Shown here: positions 27,239 through 41,600 of the stretch, piece by piece
Layout: the number at the start of each line of letters is the position of its first letter
How positions within the stretch are numbered: the first letter of the stretch is position 1
NCBI GenBank assembly: GCA_964057225.1
Contig: OZ059898.1
Coordinates: forward strand, 11,346,001 to 11,410,000
Source of the DNA: Auanema rhodensis
Lineage: Eukaryota; Animalia; Nematoda
Direction: 5' to 3'
Length of the DNA stretch: 64,000 nucleotides
Program-made: the position numbers and the translations under genes
The notes under the pieces: model-generated
Seen by the model: only the letters and a program-made list of their open reading frames with translations
Told to the model about the DNA's origin: nothing
Database searches by the model: none

Positions 27239-30200
27239 CGTTCCGTTATGCTCTCACGTCGATCCTATAGACCAATAAAGCCTACAAGATGAGTGTGATA
27301 GTATTCCAGATGTAGCGGTAGATAAAGAGCATAATGGATAAACATAAGACTCAAGAAAGAAAGGTTTATTATGTCTACATAATTACAATAAGTTATAAAA
27401 GTATACATAAAGATATAAAGTGAAAGAGAGCTAAGAAAGGAAGACCAACCATCCATAGTCATTCCATAAGGCAAAGCTGAAGTCTGTGTTCCATATGAAG
27501 GGCGTGTCGTCCTCTCTCAGCCTGATGTCGTCTGATTCCAACCCGCCTGCTACGTATTGATTTCCGAATGGAAAGTGCCATTTTTTCGAGTTTATGTCGC
27601 GTCCTCGCGAATAGCAAAATATGTGGCTTGTTCCAATCGTAGCAGAAGGTTTAGATTTAAAAATCAAAAATTACAATTTTAACATAAAAATAGTAAAGAT
27701 AAATTACAATATAATGTTAAACAATATTATGTGCAAAGAATTCAATACAAATTATTTGAAAATACATGAATATTAAGAAATAAAATAATCTTTTAGAATA
27801 CCAGGGCTATATTTTGTCAGCGAGAGTGCGCAAAATAGCTTTTTAGGCACGACGCTGCATGTCTAACTTGTTTGAGTATAGAGAAACGAGAGTCATGCTA
27901 TATTATCGATGGAGCTAGCATGTTTCCTCAGCGTATTCAAAGCAAATTGTAATAATAAAAAAATGAAAATAAATTAAATCCCATATAATTTCCGGAATTG
28001 AATCATTAACTACTTGATAAGGACTGTTGCTCAGATGAATATGCAATATAATGTCTCTTATCTTTCATTTCTTCTTTATTCACGGGAAATTATTTGAAAT
28101 TGATGTTTTTTTTCGAAAAATTGAAGTTTTATAATCATATATGCTTTGAAACTGAAATGCTTTTTGATTATTAGCTTACATCTCGTCTTACTCAAGTTTT
28201 TCAATGATATAATAATATTAATAGCTCTGGTTTTTTAAAAGAGAGTTGATACAAAGTTTTACAATAATTTTATCAATCTCGAAATTATTTCTTTCATCGT
28301 CTTCTTCTTGGTGGTAGCCAATTTTGGTCCGATGGGTCTTCTGGTTCTGTTTCTTCAGTAGAGTCATAGTTATCGTTACCATTTATGACTTTTATGATCT
28401 CAATATCGCTGTCGTCGTCCGTGTCATAAGTCGTTGTATTTGATCGCAAAAGTTTGAGATTGTCTTTGTGTATGTCTTGAATTTTTCCAAATGGATTCTT
28501 GAGTTGTACCATGTTTCCTTCAACGTTGATGACTTTTTAGCAGTAACTGGTGTTTGTTCTTCGACTATGATGGATGTTTCTTCTCTTCCTGGTGGTACGT
28601 GATCCTCGTCGCTCAATCGTTCAATAGGTGAATAAGTGCCTGCACGAGGAGTAAAGAATTTTTCGGTTTTGTGCTCGGCTTTCTGCTCGTCTTCGATTAT
28701 AGCGATGCTCTGCGCGCGAGCTTGGCTTCTGGTGAGTGGAGCTGAGTCTCGCAGATCAAAATCAGTTCGTGTACTGAGAAGTACAGCTGATCGGAATCGC
28801 TTATCCACTTTGGTAGCGCTCTTGGTTTGGAAAAACCTTGAGTGTTTAGTAACGTGGGGGATTTTGAGACGTTAATGAGTGTTATGGATAAGGAGTTTTG
28901 GAAAAGGAGGGAGAAAGCTGTGAGTAACTGGTTTGTATAGTCGGCGTTAAGGAATGAATCTAAGTTGTGGCCTTTAACAGAGATCCGCCTACTACCGTAT
29001 GAAAATTTGGACTTTGTTCGCTTTCCAATTTAATATTCTTAAATGTATATAATTCAACCAGTTTGTATATGTTCAAAAATGTTCAGTGCTCACTTGATTG
29101 ATGCCTGAGCAATCTCATTAGTCCTTATTCCCATTTTTTTTTCTTTTTCTGACGATTCTGATCTTCTTGGACTCACGAGTGATCGAAAATGCCACGAAAA
29201 TGGACTTTGGTAAATGTTCAAAGGATTTTAGCGGTTTTCGTAATGTACATTCGTAATAGCATTACTTTTTAAGGAAGCAATTTGGAAAACGAATGAGTAT
29301 CGTAGTCCCATCATGATCAGAAATCTAGTTTTAAAATTATGGCTAGGAATAGATGACTAAAGATTACAATAACTATAATTAAAGAATTAAGGTGTTTAGG
29401 AATGAGTCTTATGCCTCAAAACAACAATAACGGTATGAGGAAGGTGACATATAGTAAGGGGAGAAAATCCAAACTGATATGCTTAAGCCAACACGACCTG
29501 ATAGACAATCACTAATAATAATTCAGTTCGTAAAATTGTACAGGATTTTTCGGACTATAGCGATCTTAAAATTCACTTTTCATAATATTCCTCCCATTTA
29601 GGTGTGGTTTCCCGTGTAAATTCAATGCGTTATCAAAATATTTTTGGATGTTAATGGCAAAAAGTTGTCTGAACAGCAATGTAACGCAAAATAAAATAGT
29701 CCTGATCGCAAAATATGAAATAAACTCAATTTGGTGCACAAAATTGTTTCATCCACAAAAATAAAGAAATAACCGTGGCTATTCTTTCCTCGAAGCCAAA
29801 ATCAATCCTTATAAGGAGAAAGTGTGGGCATAAATCTCAAAAAAAATATCCTTAGGTGAATTTGTTCACTAATTCATCCTAGGGTCCTCAAAAATGCTTC
29901 GAGTTCGGGTAACAGAGTATTTGATGTTAACAGCAAGGATATAAAAATTGTTGGGTTCAGACACACAGAAAATTGTGAACAAACGGGAAAACATAACTTC
30001 TTTTTCAAAAAATATAAAATATCCATCTCCAAAAGGAGTGGTCCTTGCATCTGTTCCCTTTTAAACGTTGTTGGCCCCACCGTATTGTGTTAAGACATGG
30101 AGTAGATGGTTTAGAGATATAAGAGAATTCAGATTCAATGAATTGTATTGAAAATAACGAAATATAAGAGAAAATAGTCAAGAAATCAAGATAAAATGTT

Positions 30201-30795
30201 CGAGGTGGAACCTCCACGTTCCGTTATGCTCTCACGTCGATCCTATAGACCAATAAAGCCTACAAGATGAGTGTGATAGTATTCCAGATGTAGCGGTAGA
30301 TGAAGAGCATAATGGATAAACATAAGACTCGAGAAAGAAAGGTTTATTATGTCTACATGATTACAATAAGTTATAGAAGTCTACCTAAAGATATAAAGTG
30401 AAAGAGAGCTAAGAAAGGAAGACCAACCATCCATAGTCATTCCATAAGGCAAAGCTGAAGTCTGTGTTCCATATGAAGGGCGTGTCGTCCTCTCTCAGCC
30501 TCATGTCGTCTGATTCTAACCCGCCTGCTACGTATTGATTTCCGAATGGAACGCAATGATCTCGTACTTATCGGAATTAAATCAAAAGGGATCAAAAAAG
30601 TGTGTTCTAGTGCAAAATATTCGCAGTCAGCAGGATTCGAACCTACGCGGGCAGAGCCCAATTGATTTCTAGTCAATCTCCTTAACCACTCGGACATGAC
30701 TGCTTGTAGAAGGAATATACTTTACAGTTAAAGTGATAGACGCAATGATCTCGTACTTTTTGGAATAAGATCAAAAGGGATCAAAAAATTGATTT
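24253..30795. repeat. ~6.5-kb segmental duplication of ~10534-17076 (offset 13719)
   Basis: Same order of rare unit variants (e.g. GGCATAGCC at 10587/24306, 190-bp unit, GTGTGTTCTAGTG spacer) and the same element with the same junctions. Confidence 0.9.
27239..30553 (-). mobile_element. Non-autonomous family A LTR element, copy N2 (duplicate of N1)
   Basis: Same ORF set and junctions as N1, shifted by 13719; LTRs at 27239-27575 and 30217-30553. Confidence 0.95.
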
Positions 30796-32300
30796 GTCAT
30801 GCAAAATATTCGCAGTCAGCAGGATTCGAACCTACGCGGGCAGAGCCCAATTGATTTCTAGTCAATCTCCTTAACCACTCGGACATGACTGCTTGTAGAA
30901 GGAATATACTTTACAGTTGAAGTGATAGACGCCGTTCCGTTATGCTCCTGCGTCGATAATATAAACCATTGTAGTTTATACCATGACGCGAATAGTATTC
31001 CTTGGTGTAGCGGTAGGAATACAGAGCATAAGGTCAATCATAAGATAAAAGAGAGAAAGATTTATTGGCATGAAACTACAACAATAATATACAAAGATAA
31101 AGATACAATACAATAAGATAAATATAAGTATAAAGACTAAACTACAAGCCGTCCATGAGCTTGCTAAGAGGCGAACTCCCGACCAAGGGAACGAGGGAAG
31201 GCGGAGCCATTCCTCGGTCCTCTGGTCGTCTGGCTCTAACCCTTCAGCTACATATATGGGGAGTCCGAATGGAACGACGCAATGATTTCGTACATATTAG
31301 AATTAGATCAAAAAGCATCAAAAAATTGATTTTTCATGCAAAATATTCGCAGTCAGCAGGATTCGAACCTACGCGGGCAGAGCCCAATTGATTTCTAGTC
31401 AATCTCCTTAACCACTCGGACATGACTGCTTGTAGAAGGAATATACTTTACAGTTGAAGTGATAGACGCAATGATTTCGTACATATTAGAATTAGATCAA
31501 AAAGCATCAAAAAATTGATTTGTCATGCAAAATATTCGCAGTCAGCAGGATTCGAACCTACGCGGGCAGAGCCCAATTGATTTCTAGTCAATCTCCTTAA
31601 CCACTCGGACATGACTGCTTGTAGAAGGAATATACTTTACAGTTGAAGTGATAGACGCAATGATTTCGTACATATTAGAATTAGATCAAAAAGCATCAAA
31701 AAATTGATTTGTCATGCAAAATATTCGCAGTCAGCAGGATTCGAACCTACACGGGCAGAGCCCAATTGATTTCTAGTCAATCTCCTTAACCACTCGGACA
31801 TGACTGCTTGTAGAAGGAATATACTTTACAGTTAAAGTGATAGACGCAATGATCTCGTACTTTTTGGAATAAGATCAAAAGGGATCAAAAAATTGATTTG
31901 TCATGCAAAATATTCGCAGTCAGCAGGATTCGAACCTACGCGGGCAGAGCCCAATTGATTTCTAGTCAATCTCCTTAACCACTCGGACATGACTGCTTGT
32001 AGAAGGAATATACTTTACAGTTGAAGTGATAGACGCAATGATTTCGTACATATTAGAATTAGATCAAAAAGCATCAAAAAATTGATTTGTCATGCAAAAT
32101 ATTCGCAGTCAGCAGGATTCGAACCTACGCGGGCAGAGCCCAATTGATTTCTAGTCAATCTCCTTAACCACTCGGACATGACTGCTTGTAGAAGGAATAT
32201 ACTTTACAGTTGAAGTGATAGACGCAATGATTTCGTACATATTAGAATTAGATCAAAAAGCATCAAAAAATTGATTTCTCATGCAAAATATTCGCAGTCA
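30554..32300 (-). repeat. tRNA-Ser(AGA) array block 3: 7 intact genes, 1 split gene, interrupted by a solo LTR
   Basis: Genes at 30622, 30811, 31348, 31537, 31726, 31915, 32104; split copy starts at 32293. Confidence 0.95.
30933..31276 (-). mobile_element. Solo LTR of family B (344 bp), TSD ACGC
   Basis: Reverse complement of the 49463-49807 LTR with a few differences; ACGC at 30929-30932 and 31277-31280. Confidence 0.95.
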
Positions 32301-35300
32301 CGTTCCATTCGGAAATCAATACGTAGCAGGCGGGTTAGAATCAGACGACATGAGGCTGAGAGAGGACGACACGCCCTTCATATGGAACACAGACTTCAGC
32401 TTTGCCTTATGGAATGACTATGGATGGTTGGTCTTCCTTTCTTAGCTCTCTTTCACTTTATATCTTTAGGTAGACTTATATAACTTATTGTAATTATGTA
32501 GACATAATAAACCTTTCTTTCTCGAGTCTTATGTTTATCCATTATGCTCTTTATCTACCGCTACATCTGGAATACTATCACACTCATCTTTTAGGCTTTA
32601 TTGGTCTATAGGATCGATGTGAGAGCATAACGGAACGTGGAGGTTCCACCTCGAACATTTTATCTTGATTTCTTGACTATTTTCTCTTATATTTCGTTAT
32701 TTTCAGTATTTCATTGAATCTGAATTCTCTTATATCTCTAAACCATCTACTCCATGTCTTAACACAATACGGTGGGGCCAACAACGTTTAAAAGGGAACA
32801 GATGCAAGGACCACTCCTTTTGGAGATGGATATTTTATATTTTTTGAAACTGAAGTTATATTTTCCCGTTTGTTCACAATTTTCTGTCTGTCTGAACCCA
32901 ACAATTTTTATATCCTTGCTGTTAACATCGAATACTCTGTTACCCGAACTCGAAGCATTTTTGAGGACCCTAGGATGAATAAGTGAACAAATTCACCCAA
33001 GGATAATTTTTATTGAGATTTATGCCCACACTTTCTCCTTTTAAGGATTGATTCTGGCTTCGAGGAAAGAATAGCCACGGTTATTTCTTTATTTTTGTGG
33101 ATGAAACAATTTTGCGCACCAAATTGAGATTATTTCATATTTTGCGATCAGGACTATTTTATTTTGCGTTACATTTCTGTTCAGACAACTTTTTGCCATT
33201 AACATCCAAAAATATTTTGATAACGCATTGAATTTACACGGGAAACCTCACCTAAATGGGAGGAATATTATGAAAAGTGAATTTTAAGATCGCTATAGTC
33301 CGAAAAATCCTGTACAATTTTACGAACTGAATTATTATTAGTGATTGTCTATCAGGTCGTGTTGGCTTAAGCATATCAGTTTGGATTTTATCCCCTTACT
33401 ATATGTCACCTTCCTCATACCGTTATTGTTGTTTTGAAGCATAAGACTCATTCCTAAACACCATAATTCTTCAAATATAGTTATTGTAATCTTTAGTCAT
33501 CTATTCCTAACCATAATTTTAAAACTAGATTTCTGATCATGATGGGACTACGGTACTCATTCGTTTTCCAAATTGCTTCCTTAAAGAGTAATGCTATTAC
33601 GAATGTACATTACGAAAACCGCTAAAATCCTTTGAACATTTACCAAAGTCCATTTTCGTGGCATTTTCGATCACTCGTGAGTCCAAGAAGATCAGAATCG
33701 TCAGAAAAAGAAAAAAAATGGGAATAAGGACTAATGAGATTGCTCAGGCATCAATCAAGTGAGCACTGAACATTTTTGAACATATACAAACTGGTTGAAT
33801 TATATACATTTAAGAATATTAAATTGGAAAGCAAACAAAGTCCAAATTTTCATACGGTAGTAGGCGGATCTCTGTTAAAGGCCACAACTTAGATTCATTC
33901 CTTAACGCCGACTATACAAACCAGTTACTCACAGCTTTCTCACCTCTTTTCCAAAATTCCTTATCCATAACACTCATTAACGTCTCAAAATCCCCCACGT
34001 TACTAAACACTCAAGGTTTTTCCAAACCAAGAGCACTACCAAAGTGGATAAACGATTCCGATCAGCTGTACCTCTCAGTACACGAACTGATTTTGATCTG
34101 CGAGACTCAGCTCCACTCACCAGAAGCCGAGCTCGCGCACAGAGCACCGCTATAATCAAAGACGAGCAGAAAGCCGAGCACAAAACCGAAAAATTCTTTA
34201 CTCCTCGTGCAGGCACTTATTCACCTACTGAACGATTAAGCGACAAGGATTACGTACCACCAGGAGGAGAAGAAACATCCGTCATAGTGGAAGAACAAAC
34301 ACCAGTTACTGCTAAAAAGGAAACATGGTACAACTCAAGAATCCATTTGGAAAAATTCAAGACGTACACAAAGACAATCTCAAACTTTTTGAACGAAAAA
34401 TGGACCATACAATCGCTCAAAACACGCGATCAAATACAACGACTTATGACACGGACGACGACAGCGATATTGAGATCATAAAAGTCATAAATGGTAACGA
34501 TAACTATGACTCTACTGAAGAAACAGAACCAGAAGACCCATCGGACCAAAATTGGCTACCACCAAGAAGAAGACGATGAAAGAAATAATTTCGAGATTAA
34601 TAAAATTATTGTAAAACTTTGTATCAACTCTCTTTTAAAAAAAAAAAAAAGAACCAGAGCTATTAATATTATTATATCATTGAAAAACTTGAGTAAGACG
34701 AGATGTAAGCTAATAATCAAAAAGCATTTCAGTTTCAAAGCATATATGATTATAAAACTTCATCAATTTCAAATAATTTCCCGTAAATAAAGAAGAAATG
34801 AAAGATAAGAGACATTATATTGCATATTCATCTGAGCAACAGTCCTTATCAAGTAGTTGATGATTCAATTCCGGAAATTATATGGGATTTAATTTTTTTT
34901 TTTTATTATTACAATTTGCTTTGAATACGCTGAAGAAACATGCTAGCTCCATCGATAATATAGCATGACTCTCGTTTCTCTATACTCAAACAAGTTAGAC
35001 ATGCAGCGTCGTGCCTAAAAAGCTATTTTGCGCACTCTCGCTGACGAAATATAGCCCTGGTATTCTAAAAGATTGTTTTATTACTTAATATTCATGTATT
35101 TTCAAATAATTTTTATTAAATTCTTTTCAGATAATATTCTTTAACACTATATTGTAATTTATCTTTACTATTTTTATGTTAAAATTGTAATTTTTGATTT
35201 TTAAAACTAAACCTTCTGCTACGATTGGAACAAGCCACATATTTTGCTATTCGCGAGGACGCGACATAAACTCGAAAAAATGGCACTTTCCATTCGGAAA

Positions 35301-35622
35301 TCAATACGTAGCAGGCGGGTTAGAATCAGACGACATGAGGCTGAGAGAGGACGACACGCCCTTCATATGGAACACAGACTTCAGCTTTGCCTTATGGAAT
35401 GACTATGGATGGTTGGTCTTCCTTTCTTAGCTCTCTTTCACTTTATATCTTTATGTAAACTTATATAACTTATTGTAATCATGTAGACATAATAAACCTT
35501 TCTTTCTCGAGTCTTATGTTTATCCATTATGCTCTTTATCTACCGCTACATCTGGAATACTATCACACTCATCTTTTAGGCTTTATTGGTCTATAGGATC
35601 GATGTGAGAGCATAACGGAACG
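32301..35622 (+). mobile_element. Non-autonomous family A LTR element, copy N3 (3322 bp), TSD GTCA, inside a tRNA gene
   Basis: LTRs 32301-32637 and 35286-35622, PBS 32638-32650, internal junction 34319/34320; GTCA at 32297-32300 and 35623-35626. Confidence 0.96.
32638..32650 (+). promoter_or_regulatory. Primer binding site, tRNA-Gln
   Basis: TGGAGGTTCCACC directly after the LTR; complementary to the metazoan tRNA-Gln 3' end ...GGUGGAACCU-CCA (recalled sequence). Confidence 0.85.
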
Positions 35623-38600
35623 GTCAGCAGGATTCGAACCTACGCGGGCAGAGCCCAATTGATTTCTAGTCAATCTCCTTAACCACTCGGACATGACTGC
35701 TTGTAAAAGTAATATACTTTACAGTTAAAATGATAGACGCAATGATCTCGTACTTTTTGGAATAAGATCAAAAGGGATCAAAAAATTGATTTCTCATGCA
35801 AAATATTCGCAGTCAGCAGGATTCGAACCTACGCGGGCAGAGCCCAATTGATTTCTAGTCAATCTCCTTAACCACTCGGACATGACTGCTTGTAAAAGTA
35901 ATATACTTTACAGTTAAAATGATAGACGCAATGATCTCGTACTTTTTGGAATAAGATCAAATGGGATCATAAAATTGATTTCTCATGCAAAATATTCGCA
36001 GTCAGCAGGATTCGAACCTACGCGGGCAGAGCCCAATTGATTTCTAGTCAATCTCCTTAACCACTCGGACATGACTGCTTGTAAAAGGAATATACTTTAC
36101 AGTTAAAGTGATAGACGCAATGATCTCGTACTTTTTGGAATAAGATCAAAAGGGATCAAAAAATTGAATTCTCATGCAAAATATTCGCAGTCGGCAGGAT
36201 TCGAACCTACGCGGGCAGAGCCCAATTGATTTCTAGTCAATCTCCTTAACCACTCGGACATGACTGCTTGTATAAGGAATATACTTTACACTTAAAGTGA
36301 TAGACGCAATGATTTCGTACTTTTTGGAATAAGATCAAATGGGATCATAAAATTGATTTCTCATGCAAAATATTCGCAGTCAGCAGGATTCGAACCTACG
36401 CGGGCAGAGCCCAATTGATTTCTAGTCAATCTCCTTAACCACTCGGACATGACTGCTTGTAAAAGGAATATACTTTACACTTGAAGTGATAGACGCAATG
36501 AATTCGTACATATAGGAATTAGATCAAAAAGCATCAAAAAATTGATTTCTCATGCAAAATATTCGCAGTCAGCAGGATTCGAACCTACGCGGGCAGAGCC
36601 CAATTGATTTCTAGTCAATCTCCTTAACCACTCGGACATGACTGCTTGTAAAAGGAATATACTTTACAGTTAATGTGATAGACGCAATGATCTCGTACTT
36701 TTTGGAATAAGATCAAAAGGGATCATAAAATTGATTTCTCATGCAAAATATTCGCAGTCAGCAGGATTCGAACCTACGCGGGCAGAGCCCAATTGATTTC
36801 TAGTCAATCTCCTTAACCACTCGGACATGACTGCTTGTAAAAGGAATATACTTTACAGTTAATGTGATAGACGCAATGATCTCGTACTTTTTGGAATAAG
36901 ATCAAAAGGGATCATAAAATTGATTTCTCATGCAAAATATTCGCAGTCAGCAGGATTCGAACCTACGCGGGCAGAGCCCAATTGATTTCTAGTCAATCTC
37001 CTTAACCACTCGGACATGACTGCTTGTAAAAGGAATATACTTTACACTTAAAGTGATAGACGCAATGATTTCGTACATATAGGAATTAGATCAGAAAGCA
37101 TCAAAAAATTGATTTCTCATGCAAAATATTCGCAGTCAGCAGGATTCGAACCTACGCGGGCAGAGCCCAATTGATTTCTAGTCAATCTCCTTAACCACTC
37201 GGACATGACTGCTTGTAAAAGGAATATACTTTACACTTAAAGTGATAGACGCAATGATTTCGTACATATAGGAATTAGATCAAAAGGGATCATAAAATTG
37301 ATTTCTCATGCAAAATATTCGCAGTCAGCAGGATTCGAACCTACGCGGGCAGAGCCCAATTGATTTCTAGTCAATCTCCTTAACCACTCGGACATGACTG
37401 CTTGTAAAAGGAATATACTTTACAGTTAAAGTGATAGACGCAATGATCTCGTACTTTTTGGAATAAGATCAAAAGGGATCATAAAATTGATTTCTCATGC
37501 AAAATATTCGCAGTCAGCAGGATTCGAACCTACGCGGGCAGAGCCCAATTGATTTCTAGTCAATCTCCTTAACCACTCGGACATGACTGCTTGTATAAGG
37601 AATATACTTTACACTTAAAGTGATAGACGCAATGATTTCGTACTTTTTGGAATAAGATCAAATGGGATCATAAAATTGATTTCTCATGCAAAATATTCGC
37701 AGTCAGCAGGATTCGAACCTACGCGGGCAGAGCCCAATTGATTTCTAGTCAATCTCCTTAACCACTCGGACATGACTGCTTGTATAAGGAATATACTTTA
37801 CAGTTAAAGTGATAGACGCAATGATCTCGTACTTTTTGGAATAAGATCAAATGGGATCATAAAATTGATTTCTCATGCAAAATATTCGCAGTCAGCAGGA
37901 TTCGAACCTATGCGGGCAGAGCCCAATTGATTTCTAGTCAATCTCCTTAACCACTCGGACATGACTGCTTGTATAAGGAATATACTTTACAGTTAAAGTG
38001 ATAGACGCAATGATCTCGTACTTTTTGGAATAAGATCAAATGGGATCATAAAATTGATTTCTCATGCAAAATATTCGCAGTCAGCAGGATTCGAACCTAC
38101 GCGGGCAGAGCCCAATTGATTTCTAGTCAATCTCCTTAACCACTCGGACATGACTGCTTGTATAAGGAATATACTTTACAGTTAAAGTGATAGACGCAAT
38201 GATCTCGTACTTTTTTGAATAAGATCAAATGGGATCATAAAATTGATTTCTCATGCAAAATATTCGCAGTCAGCAGGATTCGAACCTACGCGGGCAGAGC
38301 CCAATTGATTTCTAGTCAATCTCCTTAACCACTCGGACATGACTGCTTGTAAAAGGAATATACTTTACAGTTAATGTGATAGACGCAATGATCTCGTACT
38401 TTTTGGAATAAGATCAAAAGGGATCATAAAATTGATTTCTCATGCAAAATATTCGCAGTCAGCAGGATTCGAACCTACGCGGGCAGAGCCCAATTGATTT
38501 CTAGTCAATCTCCTTAACCACTCGGACATGACTGCTTGTAAAAGGAATATACTTTACACTTAAAGTGATAGACGCAATGATTTCGTACATATAGGAATTA

Positions 38601-41600
38601 GATCAAAAGGGATCATAAAATTGATTTCTCATGCAAAATATTCGCAGTCAGCAGGATTCGAACCTACGCGGGCAGAGCCCAATTGATTTCTAGTCAATCT
38701 CCTTAACCACTCGGACATGACTGCTTGTAAAAGGAATATACTTTACACTTGAAGTGATAGACGCAATGAATTCGTACATATAGGAATTAGATCAAAAAGC
38801 ATCAAAAAATTGATTTCTCATGCAAAATATTCGCAGTCAGCAGGATTCGAACCTACGCGGGCAGAGCCCAATTGATTTCTAGTCAATCTCCTTAACCACT
38901 CGGACATGACTGCTTGTATAAGGAATATACTTTACAGTTAAAGTGATAGACGCAATGATCTCGTACTTTTTTGAATAAGATCAAATGGGATCATAAAATT
39001 GATTTCTCATGCAAAATATTCGCAGTCAGCAGGATTCGAACCTACGCGGGCAGAGCCCAATTGATTTCTAGTCAATCTCCTTAACCACTCGGACATGACT
39101 GCTTGTAAAAGGAATATACTTTACAGTTAATGTGATAGACGCAATGATCTCGTACTTTTTGGAATAAGATCAAAAGGGATCATAAAATTGATTTCTCATG
39201 CAAAATATTCGCAGTCAGCAGGATTCGAACCTACGCGGGCAGAGCCCAATTGATTTCTAGTCAATCTCCTTAACCACTCGGACATGACTGCTTGTATAAG
39301 GAATATACTTTACAGTTAAAGTGATAGACGCAATGATCTCGTACTTTTTGGAATAAGATCAAATGGGATCATAAAATTGATTTCTCATGCAAAATATTCG
39401 CAGTCAGCAGGATTCGAACCTACGCGGGCAGAGCCCAATTGATTTCTAGTCAATCTCCTTAACCACTCGGACATGACTGCTTGTAAAAGGAATATACTTT
39501 ACAGTTAAAGTGATAGACGCAATGATCTCGTACTTTTTGGAATAAGATCAAATGGGATCATAAAATTGATTTCTCATGCAAAATATTCGCAGTCAGCAGG
39601 ATTCGAACCTACGCGGGCAGAGCCCAATTGATTTCTAGTCAATCTCCTTAACCACTCGGACATGACTGCTTGTAAAAGGAATATACTTTACAGTTAATGT
39701 GATAGACGCAATGATCTCGTACTTTTTGGAATAAGATCAAAAGGGATCATAAAATTGATTTCTCATGCAAAATATTCGCAGTCAGCAGGATTCGAACCTA
39801 CGCGGGCAGAGCCCAATTGATTTCTAGTCAATCTCCTTAACCACTCGGACATGACTGCTTGTAAAAGGAATATACTTTACACTTAAAGTGATAGACGCAA
39901 TGATTTCGTACATATAGGAATTAGATCAAAAGGGATCATAAAATTGATTTCTCATGCAAAATATTCGCAGTCAGCAGGATTCGAACCTACGCGGGCAGAG
40001 CCCAATTGATTTCTAGTCAATCTCCTTAACCACTCGGGCATGACTGCTTGTAAAAGGAATATACTTTACACTTAAAGTGATAGACGCAATGATTTCGTAC
40101 ATATAGGAATTAGATCAGAAAGCATCAAAAAATTGATTTCTCATGCAAAATATTCGCAGTCAGCAGGATTCGAACCTACGCGGGCAGAGCCCAATTGATT
40201 TCTAGTCAATCTCCTTAACCACTCGGACATGACTGCTTGTAAAAGGAATATACTTTACACTTAAAGTGATAGACGCAATGATTTCGTACATATAGGAATT
40301 AGATCAGAAAGCATCAAAAAATTGATTTCTCATGCAAAATATTCGCAGTCAGCAGGATTCGAACCTACGCGGGCAGAGCCCAATTGATTTCTAGTCAATC
40401 TCCTTAACCACTCGGACATGACTGCTTGTAAAAGGAATATACTTTACACTTAAAGTGATAGACGCAATGATTTCGTACATATAGGAATTAGATCAAAAGG
40501 GATCATAAAATTGATTTCTCATGCAAAATATTCGCAGTCAGCAGGATTCGAACCTACGCGGGCAGAGCCCAATTGATTTCTAGTCAATCTCCTTAACCAC
40601 TCGGACATGACTGCTTGTAAAAGGAATATACTTTACACTTAAAGTGATAGACGCAATGATTTCGTACATATAGGAATTAGATCAAAAGGGATCATAAAAT
40701 TGATTTCTCATGCAAAATATTCGCAGTCAGCAGGATTCGAACCTACGCGGGCAGAGCCCAATTGATTTCTAGTCAATCTCCTTAACCACTCGGACATGAC
40801 TGCTTGTAAAAGGAATATACTTTACACTTAAAGTGATAGACGCAATGATTTCGTACATATAGGAATTAGATCAGAAAGCATCAAAAAATTGATTTCTCAT
40901 GCAAAATATTCGCAGTCAGCAGGATTCGAACCTACGCGGGCAGAGCCCAATTGATTTCTAGTCAATCTCCTTAACCACTCGGACATGACTGCTTGTAAAA
41001 GGAATATACTTTACAGTTAAAGTGATAGACGCAATGATCTCGTACTTTTTGGAATAAGATCAAAAGGGATCATAAAATTGATTTCTCATGCAAAATATTC
41101 GCAGTCAGCAGGATTCGAACCTACGCGGGCAGAGCCCAATTGATTTCTAGTCAATCTCCTTAACCACTCGGACATGACTGCTTGTAAAAGGAATATACTT
41201 TACACTTAAAGTGATAGACGCAATGATTTCGTACATATAGGAATTAGATCAAAAGGGATCATAAAATTGATTTCTCATGCAAAATATTCGCTGTCAGCAG
41301 GATTCGAACCTACGCGGGCAGAGCCCAATTGATTTCTAGTCAATCTCCTTAACCACTCGGGCATGACTGCTTGTAAAAGGAATATACTTTACACTTAAAG
41401 TGATAGACGCAATGATTTCGTACATATAGGAATTAGATCAGAAAGCATCAAAAAATTGATTTCTCATGCAAAATATTCGCAGTCAGCAGGATTCGAACCT
41501 ACGCGGGCAGAGCCCAATTGATTTCTAGTCAATCTCCTTAACCACTCGGACATGACTGCTTGTAAAAGGAATATACTTTACACTTAAAGTGATAGACGCA

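Noticed and set aside
33725-33780. Hammerhead ribozyme (CTAATGAG...) in the A leader
   Set aside because: Core deviates from CUGANGA and I could not find the GAAA and stems; not seen in B.
34320-34481. Conserved protein from the +1 frame after the splice-like junction
   Set aside because: Open for ~53 codons in A but the equivalent B frame stops after about 5 codons.
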